DNA of 64,000 bases from Lytechinus pictus (GCF_037042905.1 NC_087251.1:39992001-40056000), one strand, 5' to 3'. Positions 1 through 15,324 are shown, counted from the stretch's first letter. Translations and numbers: made by a program. Notes: generated from the letters alone by a model not told the origin.

Positions 1-502
1 AATAAGAAAGTTATGACATTTTAAAGTTTCGCTTATTTTTCACAAAACAGTTCTATGCTCAACTCAGTAATATGCAAATGAGAGAGTCGATGATGTCACT
101 CACTCACTATTTCTTTTGCTTTTTATTGTTTGAATAATACAATATTTCAATTTTTACGAATTCGACAATTAGGATCCCCTTGCTTGAACCACAAAATGTT
201 AAAATAATGGAAGTTCAGGGAGGAATGAGACTTTGTTTTACTTGACAATGACGATAAAATAAAAATATTTCATATTTCATATAATAAAATACAAAAGAAA
301 TAGTGAGTGGATGATGTCATTGGTCCCCTCATTTGCATGCCGACCAGGATGTGCATACAACTGTTTTGAAAAATTAAGCGAAACTTTAAAATGTTATAAC
401 TTTCTTATTTTACATCCGATTTTGATGAAATTTTCAGTGTTATGTTTGTTTGATTTTTCTCTTTCTATTCCAATCAGCTTTTTGTTGGGGTGGACTTGTC
501 CT
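1..502. mobile_element. Kolobok-like MITE, truncated by the window start
   Basis: Right terminus GGGGTGGACTTGTCCT-TTAA; internal match to 19020-19622. Further fragments at about 3716-3832, 6905-7326 and 30087-30280. Confidence 0.7.
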
Positions 503-1372
503 TTAAATTATAAGGCCAAATCTACTGAAAATAATAAAATACTTCTTTTATGTATGATAGAATAATTTTGATTGGCGCATATACTATTTTTGTGAGCGCT
601 GCTAAAAACCAAACAACAACATCTTGACTTTAACAGTGAAAATAGTAATTGTGACGATGGTACAACGTTGGAATGTAGTTTGTTCCTGGGTTGTTCGAAC
701 AATTACGTTATGCCAACGTTGGCATGGTTGGGAAACATTCAACGTTGGGAAAACGTTTGGCCATCTGGACATATTCATTAGCCAGAGAATGACCAAAATT
801 TCAGCTTATATATACGTGACTATGTTTACGTACCTGTTAAAAGTTTCACAAAAGTATGGAGCCTGATTAACATATCATTAATTCATTAAATAGATCATTC
901 ATAGGTGAAATTTTAAGGTATATATATATAGAAAAATTGTTATTAAATGTATTCTGCCAGGTATCGGAGAGTCGTCTCATATATAGGAATCAATGGCAGG
1001 TTTCAGTGGATAGGTGTAGATATAGAACGATAGGTTGAGATAAGGATAGGATTAGAATATTTTTATGGGATAAAGTTGTAGAGATGAACTTCACCTTGAA
1101 AGCACATTAAAATTTTGAAAACAGTCACTTGTTACATTAGTAAGATACCATTGCAACATTTTCTCAACATTTTTAGAATACTAAACATTAACAAATATAT
1201 TTTCAAATTTTTTTTAAACTGTTACTGTTAGATATACTTGCTAACTTAATATACAATTGTCCGTCAAATTGAATAGCTCAAGGAAGGATGAAGTTTATCA
1301 AATTTGAACACAATTGGTACTTGCCGGAATTTTCATAATTTTCAATTTCTTGATAAAAAACCCATTTGATTT

Positions 1373-2181
1373 GGTCAAGTCCATCCCAACAAAAACTTGA
1401 TTTGAATAAAAAGAGAAAAATCCAACAAGCATGCATAACACTGAAAATTTCATCAAAATCGGATGTGAAATACACTCTTAAAAACGTTGGGCAACATACG
1501 GTCCACACAACAATTGGTTAAAACTTTATCAAATTCTGAGTAGCTTTAAACCAATAATGTGTGCTTTTGGTGAAAACTACACAGTATTGGTTGAAAACTA
1601 CCCAGAGTTGGATAATGTTTTAACCAATTGTTGTGTGGACCGTATGTTGCCCAACGTTTTTAAGAGTGTAAGAAGTTATGACATTTTAAAGTTTCACTTC
1701 ATTTCACAAAACAGTTATATGCCGCACATCTCGGTTGGTATGCAAATGAGGGAACTGATGACATCACTCACTCACTATTTCTATTATATTCTATTATATG
1801 AAATATTTTGATTTTCTCGTCATTGTCATGTGAAATGAAGTTTCATTCCTCCCTCAGCTGAACACGTGGAATTCCATTATTTGAACATTTTGTGGTTCAG
1901 GCATGCAAGGAGGTCATAATTGTCAATTTCGTAAAAAAATGAAATATTGTATAATTCAAACAATAAAAAACAAAAGAAATAGTGAGTGAGTGACATCATC
2001 AACTCTCTCATTTGGATGTAACTGATTCGTTCATATAACTATTTTGTGAAAAATAAGCGAAACTTTTAAATGTCATAACTTTCTTATTTTACATCCGATT
2101 TTGATAAAATTTTCAGCATTGTGCTTGTCTGATTTTTCTCTATTGATTCTAATCATTTTTTTTCTGAGGTGGACTTGACCT
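1373..2181. mobile_element. Kolobok-like MITE with a nested 196-bp TA-flanked MITE (1473-1668)
   Basis: Same family as 19020-19622; inner TIR CACTCTTAAAAACGTTGGGCAACATACGGTCCACAC with a TA duplication. Confidence 0.75.
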
Positions 2182-5100
2182 TTAATTTCCATTTTATTTT
2201 CATTCATTTTGCACAACAAATTAGTCTAATTAGACCAAATGGTAAATGGACTAAATGGCTATTGGCCAACTGGTCATTAGACGGAATGACATTAAACTAA
2301 ATTAGAGTAGACCATGTGGTGAGAGGACGAACTGATGGTAGATCAAGTAGACAGTTTGCAAATGGACGAATTAGCATTAGACGAATTGGAAATAACCCGT
2401 ATAGGAACTCAGTACCCAATTATGGAGTAACAAACTCATCAATACATTTGAAACAACTTAGCTCCATGCATGTATGTATTGCATTACACTGACTGCCCCT
2501 TATCATGGAGGTCAGGAGGTCATTTCATGGAAGCAACAGGGTCCTGGTTTTCGTAGTCTAGTCTTATAAACTGTAATACTTATTCCACGGATGAAATCAT
2601 TGGGTAAGAGAAAAAACATTTCAATAGAATAAAATGTGAATATCAAATTATCATGGTGGTATATGTCTATTCTGTAGAACATCGGTCACATCTGTGTATT
2701 TTCATCGTCCTTGGGGGTAAACTTGTATTTGAGTGGAGGCAAAAGTTTGGTACAAGAGACTAGTCGTACCTGTAGGCCACTGGTCTGGTTTCCCCTGACC
2801 CTCCACTGCCCATTGACCACGATGGGGGTGGGGGCCAGGATCTGTTGATGCTGCCTGAGCCAGAGATGTTTACCAGCTGTTGCCTCCTTGTGACTGGTGT
2901 AGTCTACTTATTCAAACTTTGATACTTGGTTCATGGGTGGAATCATTTGGCGAGAGAGGAAGGCGCTGAATAGATATTTTTGAAGTGCATGAACACGGAG
3001 CCTTATGTTTACAGTGTAAAAAAAACAACACAACTTTGCATTTTTCACCCTGTTAGAGGTGAAGTTGTTTTGGGTAAAATTGTGTCTTGTTTGGTGTGTG
3101 AGACTAGGGCACCTGACCCCCTACCGTGTAACTTGTTTGATTGATGCCTAGCTTTTCCGGTACAGCAAAGTTTTGTACTGGACCTTGTTGGGGAGGGAAG
3201 ATGAGTGGATTGGCGCTGATTAGAGATTGGGAGACATGTGCCCTCTATGTTAGCTTTGGGAAAAAGCACTTCCAAACAACAAGGTCCAATCTGGACTAAG
3301 AGGCAGCCAGCTAGCTCCCTCCAGCTGTTACCTTTGGGGTCTTGAATGATTATAATGTCAGTTCTCCTCAATGGGGGTTCCACTATATGGCTAGATTAGT
3401 ACGGCAGATAGATGAAAGTCATCATTAATTGTTTAAACTGTTCAATTTATTATAAAGTATTATGCGGAGGTAGTTCGTATAGAAGTCACTGTGTTTGTGT
3501 TCTTGAGATATATGCGATTCTCATGTCACAGATCCATAGAGAAAACATAAGTTTTAGTCTTTAGAGAGAATCATTCTGTTTGACCAGATTTTGTTTAAGT
3601 GTTTAAATGCTCTGAGTGCACCTTTCCAATACCTTTATCTTCGTGGTCTTGAATGTTCAATGCCAGTTTTCATCGATTGCGATTTCCACTAGATGGCTTG
3701 ATTGGTAGGTGTTAAAATGTCAGAGCTTTCTTATTTTTCATCCGATTTTGATGAAATTTTCAGCATTATGCTGGTGAGATTTTTCTCTTTTGATTAAAAT
3801 CAACATTTTTCTGGGGTGGACTTGACCTTTAAGATTTCAATGTTGATGCCAAAGAGGCACCAATAATCTCACTTCTGCTATGCATGCAAGACAAAAAATA
3901 ATTATTCATAAATGAACTCTTTTAATTTCTTAACATAACACGATTACACTTGGAACAATATTCAACCGACAAAAGATTTTTAGAAGATTGCTGGCATATA
4001 TAAGTGTATGAGCTATTGCTTTTTTACTTACATGTAGCTTAAAAATCTTTTGATTTTGGGAATATACAAGCATTTGTTATTGACAATCACCTTCTGGACG
4101 GGTCAATATACAACCAAATATACCCTTACCCCAAACAAATTGCAACAAAATGTTTAACTGTTTCTGGAACTACTTGACCTCAGGAATAACATACTAAATA
4201 CATGTATCTACCAAAATCCACATCAGGGGGTGCCAGGTAAAAATGGCTAGGTTAAAATGGCAGAGGTAATAATAGCAGAGGTAAAAATGGCAGAGGTAAA
4301 AATGGCAGAGATAAAAACAGCCGAGGTGATGGCAGAGATAACTAGCACATCAATGATGTGGAGCTCATCCGGCATCTCGCAACAAAAATTAACACAATTT
4401 TAATTTCAGCCCAGTTGACAATGTAGTGAACTATATTGGTGACATAAATTGAGGATATAGAATTGAAATTGATGAAGAAATGACATAGAAGCATGTTTTG
4501 TGATATATGAATAAATTTCATATAAATAATTTTCTAGTCAAAATTTTAAACTCTGTGTAGAACCCTGGTGAACCTCATGTGCTCTCAGATGGAACGAAAA
4601 TAATCAAAATCGATCAACAAATAAATAAGTATTTTTTGTGAGTTTTGAAAATATATGAATAAATAAGCATAATTAATGAGTTTCAAAATTCTGTGTTGAA
4701 ATTTTATATCACCACCTAGTGCTATCACATAAAGCAAAAATTGAAATTGATCAAGAAATGAAGGAGAAAAAACACTTTTTGTGATTTATGAATAAATTTT
4801 GCATAAATTAGCATAAATAATTTTCTAGACAAATTTTCAAAATTTTGCGTACAAGTTTGGTGATCCTCATGCAGCTCTACCAGATGGATGAAAAAAAATC
4901 AAAATTGGTCACAAATAAAGAAGCATTTGTGATTATGAATAAATTTTGAAATTCCCCTTGGATTTTTAGGCAAAATAGACAACAACATATCATTGTAACC
5001 AGTTCAAAAGTATCATTTTAACCTTGAAATCATTGTGTGGACACCAAAATCATATCTTCTTGGTGGACTTTAATGAAGTAACAGCAGTCATTTTAGACTA

Positions 5101-7442
5101 TATATTGTAGAAGCCATCTTGGATTTTTGTACATACTGGATTACTGATCGTCTTGAAGCTTGTTCCAGTGTATTTTCTGACCCTTACAACCATGGTTTGA
5201 TGGCTAACCCTATGGCAGAAACACCTTTTGCCTCAATGGGGGCTATAAATTGGCGATTTTCCCACAAATAGGCAAAATACGTAAAAATGGGTGGGTGACT
5301 ACGGCAGCCTCCTGAGGGGGTAGGCTTCGCTGTGCCAGCACTTTGGGATCCAAAATGGCGAATAATCCAAGAAATTGGCGAAATATGAAAAAAGGGTGGT
5401 GTGACTTCAGAAGCCCCCTGAGGGGGTAGGTTTTTCTGTACCAACACTTCTGAACTTGATTATGTAGCTGATAGAAAAAAGTCTACTCTCTGGTCTCCGA
5501 GTGATTTCAAGAAAATAAGTGATTTTTCTACATAGCCGTAACACCGTTTTTTGCCACATTGGGGGCTCCAAAAAGCATGATAATTTTTAAGGGTCAAGCT
5601 ACGGATAAGGGTGGGGTATTGTTTAACTTTGTGAGCAGCCGATTTTAAAAAATTCTCAAACCAAGATGAAACATGTGTACAAGTGTATGTATTAGAACTG
5701 GGCTTCATTTTTGTAACATATATCACAGACACAGGTGACAAGTGTGACCTTCTAGCTCAGATTTTTTAAAAGTCAAACCAATGTTAACCAATCACTTTAA
5801 GGTGCCTGAACGTAATTGCATGCAACATGCAGAGCAATGTCTCCTAAATTTTCCAAGAGGTTTCATTAACATAAATTTGCTTTAACATGTAGAAAACACC
5901 TCTTGCCCTCATACTTATCTGAATACTTTATACCTTTCCATCGCTACGCACATTACACGCATTTCTGCGCGTTAGTCACACCAACAAAGGTGATGCCAGA
6001 GCGATTTAATCTATTCTACTCTCTTGAAAGGCATGCCACCGATCGCATTGTAGTCAGTCTCATTAGTGTGACTATAATAAGACACAGAGGTTGCTTTTTG
6101 GTGTCATTTTATCACAATATCGAGTAATACATTTGGAAGTACTTGTCCTTTATCAAAGCAAATTAAGACATTAATACTAATAATAATAATAGGCATTTAT
6201 ATAGCGCCATCTATCTAGAAATATTCTATTCCGAGGTGCACAAGAAAAGAAAGAAAGTTTGGATGAGTGTCAAAGTGCCAATAACTAATACTGTTAGAAA
6301 AGATTTACCGGTAATACTGTCATGAAGCATATCAATTTTCTCGTTAGTATATCCTCTTTCGTGTCTAATGCTGTTGATATTTTGCATTAGTTGTTGATAT
6401 TTATGATGGAACAGAATGATATCAATGCCAATGCAAATTTTTGACCAAAAACATGAAAATTTTGGCTTAAGTTCTCATTTTTTTCAAAAAATAATAACTG
6501 AATTGTCAAGAAAACGATTGCAATTGATTTTCACTATTTAAACCATAATGAAATGCATATTCAATTAAGATTTTCCCATTGTCTGTAGAAAAAATATGAA
6601 AACAAATGATTTTCAAAAAGAATCCAAGATGGCCGCCAAAATTGCCAATTTTGAACCCCATGGGACATGATGATTTGGCAAAGGGAACATCAAGATTCAT
6701 TAACTAGACACTTCAGGCAATACAAAAAAGGCGTTTGAAAAATATACCACGATGGTGCACGGGAACCCCCATTACCGACTCAACTTACCCATTATGTCCA
6801 CGTTTCATGAACTAGGCACATATAATTTCTAAGTTATGACATTTTAAAAACTTAACATTTGGTTACGATTTGATGTTGACGACGCTATGCAGGCGAGACA
6901 AAAATATTGATGAGGGTTTGAGGGAAATCCATTAAAGAATTAAAAAAATTATTAGAATTTTAAGTTTTGGGGTAATTTGTAACATCATAAATGAGCAGCT
7001 TTCCCATATGTTATGTAAATAAAGTGTATAAATTTCAATTTTTAATGGTTCATGATTTACTTATTTTTTTTTTCTTTATAGGTATGGGTGTGAAATGATT
7101 TGCCTATTGATCATACTGAAGGTTCAGTAAAAACCATCTTAATTTTTCTGAGAAAATGACATTCCATTGATTTTTTTCCATACGATAGGAAAGCTGCTCG
7201 CGTATAAAATTCTACTAAGCTTTTTTATTCTTTGATAGATTTTTCTCAAAGCTTCAGCAATATTTTTTTTATTTTTTTTTTACCATTTGAACAATAAACT
7301 TTTTGTCAGGGTAGACTTCCCCTTTAACTTGTCCACAAGCTCAGAGGCAATTTGTTTCTTGTGGTCCATGTCCTTGAAGTTCCTGTATGTTATTGATGAA
7401 GATGACTCCAGATGACTCTTTCCAACAGCAGCACATACTATA

Positions 7443-8981
7443 CAGTGTGTATCCAAAAAAAAGTTTACACTTTGAAAAAGCCCTGGGAATTAAAAAATAT
7501 ACAACATGTGGCTAATTTTTCACATATTCTTGGGTCTGGGTCTCATCTATCCAATGAAAGTAAAAATTTTGACAGAATATATGTTACACTTGAGTGAGTA
7601 CTTTTGTAAAGCTCGCAGAAATGCTTGTTTTCACGCTGTGTCAAGGGGAAAGGGTGAAATCAAACCTACTCTGTGAAACATTTCTCATATTTCCCTTGCA
7701 CTTTTAGTCAATTGAAATAAAACGGATACATTCAGGCATCTTGTAACAATGTTGCCACCCAAATTGAAATTTCAACACTTAGTAAGCACAACCTTTACCC
7801 TTTTTGTGCCGGCTGGATCTGAGCTAGGACATAAATGAATCCAAACAAAAGTTTATATCAGACATCTCCAGCATTTTTATCATTTAAAGTGGGTTTACAT
7901 TTCATTTTTAATTTAATACTTGTTTCTCCACACTTTTCCCAAGCTAGACAATGATTACCAAAATAAAAATCAAGCCTAAGCCATTTCAGGTAAATCACAG
8001 CTCGGTGTAAAGCAAATATCGACACGATGGCCTAGGAGTGTGGGGGAGTGGGGTGGGGCACTATGCACTCTTCGAAGTGTTTTGGGCAAGGAAACAAGTT
8101 AAAAACGGTGAAAGATATCTCCAAATCAATTTTACTAGCTAAATTCCATGTGTTCTTCATTATTAAAGGAGAATGAAACTCTTGGAGCAAGTTAGCTTTT
8201 GTGAAAGCAGAAAAATCAAAGAATAAGATCAACAAAAGTTTGAGTAAAATAGAACTAGCAATAGAAGAGTTGTGAGCATTTGAATGTCGAGATCACTAAT
8301 GCTATGGAGATCCTCCTATTGGCAATGCGACCAAGATCTATGATGTCACAGATGAACAACTCTCCCCTTTTGGACACTGAAAATATACCCCAAAACATCT
8401 CTTTTTGCTCATTCTAATCATATGACAAACGATTCATCAATGATATAATGTTGTGAAACCTCTGTACTTGTCCTCTCATAAAGAGAACACATCACCTTGT
8501 GATAGACTCTATAAAAGTGAGAATATAAGTGAAATAAGTACTAAAGTAATGAGGGAGTTGTACGTGTGTGACATCACAGATCTTGGTCGCATTGCCAATG
8601 GGAGGATCTACATGGCATTAGTGATCTCAATATTCAAATGCTCATAACTTTCTTATTATTCATTCAATCTTCCTCAAACTTTCAACAATATGTTTCTTTG
8701 ATTTTTCTCTTTGATATAGATTCAGCTGGTTTCAAGGGTTTCATTTTCCTTTAAGGTCTACTTTTATTTGCATAACTATCTAAAAGTTCTGCGCAAATCA
8801 TTTTCACTAACTTTTCAAAAGTAAGTGGTGCTCACTCAAGCTGAAATATTTTTTGACAGTTATATCGTCATTTGCTTAAAATGGATCTGTACTGTGTTAA
8901 GATGTGGAAAAATCTTTAGGATATTACAAATGTCTAATTTTACAGGATTTTCTAAGTGTAAACTTTTTTTTATAAGCACTG
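7443..8981. mobile_element. Tc1/mariner-type MITE with a nested Kolobok-like MITE (8167-8750)
   Basis: TA-CAGTG...CACTG-TA with AAAAAAAAGTTTACACTT in both TIRs; inner TTAA-AGGAGAATGAAAC...GTTTCATTTTCCT-TTAA. Confidence 0.75.
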
Positions 8982-11435
8982 TATAGTGATCAGAAATATG
9001 GTTGTCATTAACTATACAGCTGATCAAGCTTCAACCATCCAGATGAGCTATAATCCAGTTGTGTGCCCCAGCCTGTGAATCGGGTCTGAAACATTCTAGA
9101 TTATGTGAATATGTGTATTCCTTAAAACATGATGTGGAAGATATGTTTTCAGTGATTTTATGAACTGGCTCAAACCTCAGCTGGTCTCCAAAATATGATT
9201 TCGAGATAATCGCGTTCACAAGTTTGGATGTTTTTCAGACGCTTATAACTTCGCGCTTCGTATTCATTCTTCAATACTTGAAATAAAGGACATGTATGCA
9301 TTTCAGAATCTGCTGATTTTTACCCAAAACAGGGGGTTTGAGCAAATTCGTAAAAAAAATCACGCGTACCATGCGCACTGTTTTCTAGCGGCAAAAACCA
9401 CGGTTTTGAGCAAGTTGTAAAATCATTAATGCCATGCGCACAAACCCTGCGCCAACCACATACGCGCAGCATCTAGGTCGGGTCTTTGACCTGAGTGCAC
9501 CATCCCAGAGACTTAATAGTACACAAAGTATGGTTTGAGTCAGTTTGTAAAATCAAAGGAGGGGGGTTGAGCTGGTTCGTAAAAAAAATAAATAATACGA
9601 AATTTGATCTCAAATATGGCAAATTGATAGAGTGAATCACAGGCTTTCAGAATATGCAAAAAAATAAATTTCGAAAATTTGATTTTGATTTGAAAATTAG
9701 TTTTGAGCTGGTTTGTAAAATCACTTGACGATGTAATACAAATGTTTTACAAGATGAATTTTGCGATTTCATATGAAAAATACAATTTGATGGAATGCCC
9801 GATCAAAATACAAATCTGTGTGGTTTTTCATATGATATAAAACCTATTCCACAGCATGGACTGGGCTAATAATTTCAGGATAAAATCTTTATAACTTTGT
9901 GATATCCAATGATCAATCCCTATATCTGTCAGATAAATGCCGTATATAGCCTTTTAAAGGAAAATAAAACTGTTGACGAGAGAGGGTGCTTAATATGTTA
10001 ATCATAAATTAGCGAGAAAATAAAGTTTGCAAACTTGGAAAAAAATCAGATTTCTTCATTTCTATTGCATTTTCGGGGACCCCGCTTCCTGAATCTGAAC
10101 AAATCCATCGCGTGCTTTGGAAATATGGCGCAGATAAATCAATTTTAATGACGTAATTTGTATTTGGTGAGTGATAGCGCCTACTTCGGTGTGTGTTGCG
10201 GAGATTGACTGTGCTTGTGACTGTGTTGGGTGTGCATGCATGTGCTGCAGTGATGTGATTGACTGCTGGCGAGACATGTGAATTTGTGAAATGAATAATT
10301 TTCTGGCGAGTTTTATAACGTTAGCTTTCCGGCGGCAATGCATTGAATATTCCAAAAAAAGTATTTCTAAGTGAGCTATTTATTATCTAGAAATTGAAAA
10401 TTATAAAAAGGATTCTGGAAAGTACCAATTCTGTTCAAATTTGGTAAACTGCATCCTTCCTTGAGCTATTCAATTTGATGGACAATTGTAAGTTAGTAAA
10501 TAGATGTAACAGTTACAAATATTGACATAATAAACGTTCAGTGAACAATTCATAAATCATTTAACAATTGATATCAATAAAACAAGTGGAACGCCTCTGG
10601 CAGTCTTGCCTGCATTATGCAAATTCGATATAGCAGCAGTGCTCCCTTTGAAAACAGCTAATGAATAATTATTCACAGAAGAAAACACTAATGTGATAAT
10701 AAAATATGTCCATTGACCCAAAATGACCTCTATAACCATGATCATGTGCCTTAAGACATATGCAAAACAATCATTCATACTTGATTATACTTACAGTATG
10801 TCAATGTTTCATGAGCTAGATCCATAAACTTTTAAATTTAAGATGACAATTCCACAAATACCCAATTCAACACATACTCCCAACACGGCCAGAGTTCATT
10901 GACCTTTAAATGACTTTTGACCTTGTTCCTGAAACGTGCACAGGGTATCATTCAGGGATACATTACGTCCAAGTTTCGTGAACTAGAACTTTTAAATTTA
11001 CGATGACAATTTCACAAATACCCCCAATATTACCAAAGTTTGTGGACTATAAATGACCTTTGACCTGGTCATGTAAACTCGCACAGGATGTTCAAGGATA
11101 CTTGATTGCTCTTATGTCCAAGTTTCATATATATATATAATTATATATATATTTATAAATATATATATATATATACACAGTATATATTTAATATGCATAT
11201 GTTTCTACTCATATTACTAATATTGAGCATGCATTGATGTCAAAAAACGGGCCGAGAAAATGACTCCTTGTTTAAAAAAAATTAAGAGCAATTAGTAAGG
11301 ACCTCCCTCATCACTGCTCTCAAAAAACCTGGACGATCAACTCCTTTCTTTTTTTACTTGGCCTAAGTTGAGTATAATTTACATTAGTAACCCTTTACCG
11401 AAGCTATAGACAGGCTTTACAAGCTCCCTGAAATT

Positions 11436-12445
11436 TTATTCTGTTTGTGTACCCTGTGTACATATCTTTGGCTGTCTGTAATGAGTTTTCAACGAAACGC
11501 TCTGATGAGGTAGACCCATTTTAGCGGTAACTCGATCTTCTAGGGCTGCATGAATGACCTTCTCCACAGTATGGAGGTCTTCAACATTCTCACACTGTAG
11601 TATGATACACATATCATTGGTCTCTCTATCCTCTGCAATCTGTCCATCTATTGTAAGTACTTCAGTAGAACTATTAGAGATGTCCCCTTTGCCACCTTCA
11701 TCATCATCACCATCATCATCATCATCTGTCTGTTCAACAGTATTCACTGACTCTAGATCAACAAAACATGGCAGAATCACATCCCCTAGCTGAGGATCCT
11801 TTTTAGTATAAAGGACATCATAATCCTTTTCATCTAGTGGAGTTATGTTTGGAGTTAAACTTCTAAATTTCACACCCTCTGTAGATGACACTGCTTCTGA
11901 TTCATGTTTCCTTTCAACTTTCCAATTTCGACGTCTTTTCAACACTTTTGCACGAAACTTCCGCAAGCTGCCCTCCGTTTTCATTTCCCCTTTGCGTATG
12001 ACGCTTATAAGGACGGCAAGATATGCAAGCCCGAGAATATTCCACAATGTAACAATGAAATCGTACAACCAATGTTCCAACCTAGGGCCATCTACAGTTG
12101 CAATGTAGTCCCCGAATCCTACAGTTGTGAGCGTAATAAATGTGTAATAATGGGCAATATGAAAAGACCAATGCTCTAGAAACATGAAAATCACCGCTGG
12201 GATGATGAGGAATATCGTATAGCTGACAGCAGCAACAACAATACCCAAGAAGATTTTACGAATTTTATTTTTCCTGACCATCATCTTGAGAGCTTGGTCG
12301 GCTTTCCCGATATGACCTTTCATAGCCTTTTCGTAGAACGAACCAACACTGGCCAATATCCAAGCAGTAAAGGGTATCCCCAAGGCTGCATATACCATAC
12401 AGAATAGTTGGCCACCATATGTCCTTGGAGCAATAGCGCCATAAC
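11436..12445 (-). CDS. K2P channel coding exon 2 (rest of P1, TM2-TM4, P2, acidic C-tail)
   Basis: Polypyrimidine tract plus TAG| acceptor at 12447-12446. Splicing restores TIGYGAIAP; second pore FITLTTVGFGDY; stop at 11436. Spliced CDS is 304+1010 nt = 437 aa, with an intron of about 11 kb. Confidence 0.93.
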
Positions 12446-12995
12446 CTACAGAAAAACCATAGCCAACAAAAGACAAAAGAGGAAAGGCGATATCAGTTTC
12501 CAGTCTTCCTCTTTCTTCCCTTCATTATGAAAATAATGTTGCTTACATTGTCATATCAGAATAAAAATATTTCTAAGGTTAATATTAAATAAATCTCCAA
12601 GTGCATATGCAGTAATGATCGGACATGATTTTGTGCAGATGGATTAAACCTCACATCGAAAAACCAACCATTGAGAAATTAGTATACAGGTGTACCACAG
12701 AAGGGGTGGGGGTGTTAATGTTCATGGCCATATGCAGCGGGAGCAGGGGGCAGTTGCCCTGCCCCCTTACCCATAAATTTTGAAAACTTCCATTTGTTTC
12801 ATGAAAATTTTAACAAAATTCACCCAAAGTATGCACAGAATATCCTTCAATTTCATTTTTACAAAATACAAAGCGCCCCAATGACAAGCTTGGTCGCTTC
12901 ACTCCCAATTTTTTTTGGAAAATATTCATCATGTTTCCTGCCCCCTCCCAAGCAAAACATGTTTGTGTAAGACCATGGTTATGTTAAGAAGGTGT

Positions 12996-13224
12996 ATTAT
13001 CTTCTAAGCGCTGCCTACTATTACCCCGGCTTTAGCACGGCTACCCTGATCAGGCGCTCGAGCATTCAATTCCTTCCTACCTGGTACCCATTTACTACAC
13101 CTGGGTCGAGAGTGGCAAATGTAGATAAACGCCTTGCCAAAGGACGCTAGTGCTGCGGTGGGATTTGAACCCCGGACCTTGTGGTTCAAAGTCCGAAGAC
13201 TTATCCACTGAGCCACAACACCTC
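12996..13224 (-). mobile_element. tRNA-derived SINE
   Basis: A box TGGCTCAGTGG, B box GGTTCAAATCC, core TCCTTTGGCAAGGCG...GCCACTCTCGACCCAGGTG...AAATGGGTACC. Confidence 0.75.
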
Positions 13225-14335
13225 TACAATAAAATAATGTTGAGAACATCAATGTCTTCCAACACCACATACATAACCGTGCATCATGCTAAACATATGA
13301 TTTCACAGCACAAAAGTAAAAGAAACTGTCCATCATACTTCCGGGTGCCAACAAATTAGAGCATTAGTGTGCTGAGTTGAAGTGTTAAAGGAGTCTCAAA
13401 TTAAGAAATATCAGACAGGTTCCTTGTATCGTATTTCATTATTAGTGTCATCTAGTTTCCATTCCCTTATACAGTTTGGTCGATCATATCAGATCATGAT
13501 CAAGCATTGTTCAGGATGCTTAACAAGACATCCATACCCCCCCCAAAAAAAAGGGCCAGAATATTGAATTATTAAGAATTATCATAATCATTAACAATTA
13601 CCTTTCATGAATTATGATAACACCACCTTAGCCTATCCAAAAAAAGAAGATTTTTAAAATCCATTTTGTGGTCGACGAGAAGTACATGAACCAAGTGTTG
13701 GCTATATATAGTAAGCGTCTGCTGAATATAATTGAGATGCGAGGCTGGACGCTACTTTTGGTAATTCAGGAAGGAAATATAATCCTAGAAAATGATATCA
13801 TGTATGTGTCAGGTATATTACCAGCATTTTTACATATCGGTAAACTATTAATTTCACAGTTAAAGGATCAAAATTGAGCACTAAAACTGAACAATGGTCA
13901 TTGCAAGGAGAAAAGGTACGTGGAATATTACCACCCGACACCAGTATGGGACTAGATAATCCCATCCGACACACTCGGGGATCAGCCCGTCAGCGCACGA
14001 TAAAATTTATCATTCTACGGCTCGTGTGCTAAGAATGAATTTGATTTTTCTATTCATTACAAAACTCATCGTGGGAAAGGTTACCCAACAAGGATTGCTA
14101 CACTCCTAAGATTTATTTGTATCACGTAGACAACAATATGAGAAAATAACCCTTCTCCGGGAGAACAATTAGTAAGCTGTTCAAATCTAACAATTTTCTT
14201 TTAGAAATATAACAAAAATTTACCGGATTTCAAATGCCTGCCATTTCCTAAAAAAACTAGAATCAATAATCCACCAACATTATCAGTTAGGGAAAATTCT
14301 AGCAAATGTACTAAGATGCTTGAATTCCAAAATAT

Positions 14336-15241
14336 AAACAAGTGGAATGCCTCTGGCCGTCTCACCTGCATCACGCGATTCAATATAGCAGCAGTGCTGA
14401 TTTTGAAAACTACTATAACTCGCACAAGATGTTCAGTGATACTTGGTTACTCTTATTTCCACGTTTTATGAACTAGACCAATACACTTATAGAGATATGA
14501 TGGCAATTCAACAAATACCCCCAACGTGGCCAAAGTTCTTTGACCTTACATGACCTTTGACCTTGATCATGTGACCTGAAACTCGCACAGGATGTTCAGT
14601 GATACTTGATTACTATTATGTCCAAGTTTTATGAACTAGACCAACACACTTTCAAATTTATGGCTGTAATTCAACAAATACCCCAATTTGGCCAAAGTTC
14701 ATTGACCCTAAATGACCTTTGACCTTGATCATGTGACCTGAAACTTGCACAGGATGTTCAGTAATACTTGATTACTATTATGTCCAAGTTTCATGAATCA
14801 GATCCATAAACTTTCAAAGTTATGATGGTAATTCAACAGATAACCCCAATTCGGCCAAAGTTCATTGACCCTAAATGACCTTTGACCTTGGTCATGTGAT
14901 GTGAAACTCATGCAGGATGTTCAGTGATACTTGATTAACCTTATGTATAAGTTTCATGAACTAGGTCCATATATTTTCTAAGTTATGATGACATTTCAAA
15001 AACTTAACCTTAGGTTAAGATTTTGATGTTGATTCCCCCAACATGGTCTAAGTTCATTGACCCTAAATGACCTTTGACCTTGGTCATGTGACATGAAACT
15101 CAGGCAGGATGTTCAGTAATACTTGATTAACCTTATGGCCAAGTTTCATGAACTAGGTCCATATACTTTCTAAGTTATGCTGTCATTTCAAAAACTTAAC
15201 CTCAGGTTAAGATTTGGTGTTGACGCCGCCGCCGCCGTCGC

Positions 15242-15273
<32 letters not shown>

Positions 15274-15324
15274 TCGGAAAAGCGGCGCCTATAGTCTCAC
15301 TCTGCTATGCAGGTGAGACAAAAA
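14336..15324 (+). mobile_element. Helentron-associated (HINE/DINE-1/pearl-like) element, family C, full length
   Basis: 5' AAACAAG, sub-terminal GTCTCACCTGCAT, about 160-bp tandem core repeats, (GCC/GTC)n microsatellite, 3' hairpin GTCTCACTCTGCTATGCAGGTGAGAC followed by an A-run. Confidence 0.75.

Noticed and set aside
3045..3700. 112-aa ORF or possible Penelope-like RT remnant
   Set aside because: Only a vague resemblance spread across frames; cannot be supported without a search.
12446..12476. ORF-track N-terminus MSFVGYGFSV suggesting a doubled GYG filter
   Set aside because: It lies in the intron's polypyrimidine tract and starts at TTG; splicing at 12445 gives a normal TIGYG.
13150..13224. 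tRNA gene (also 49214-49285)
   Set aside because: No proper acceptor stem, and it continues into a SINE core.
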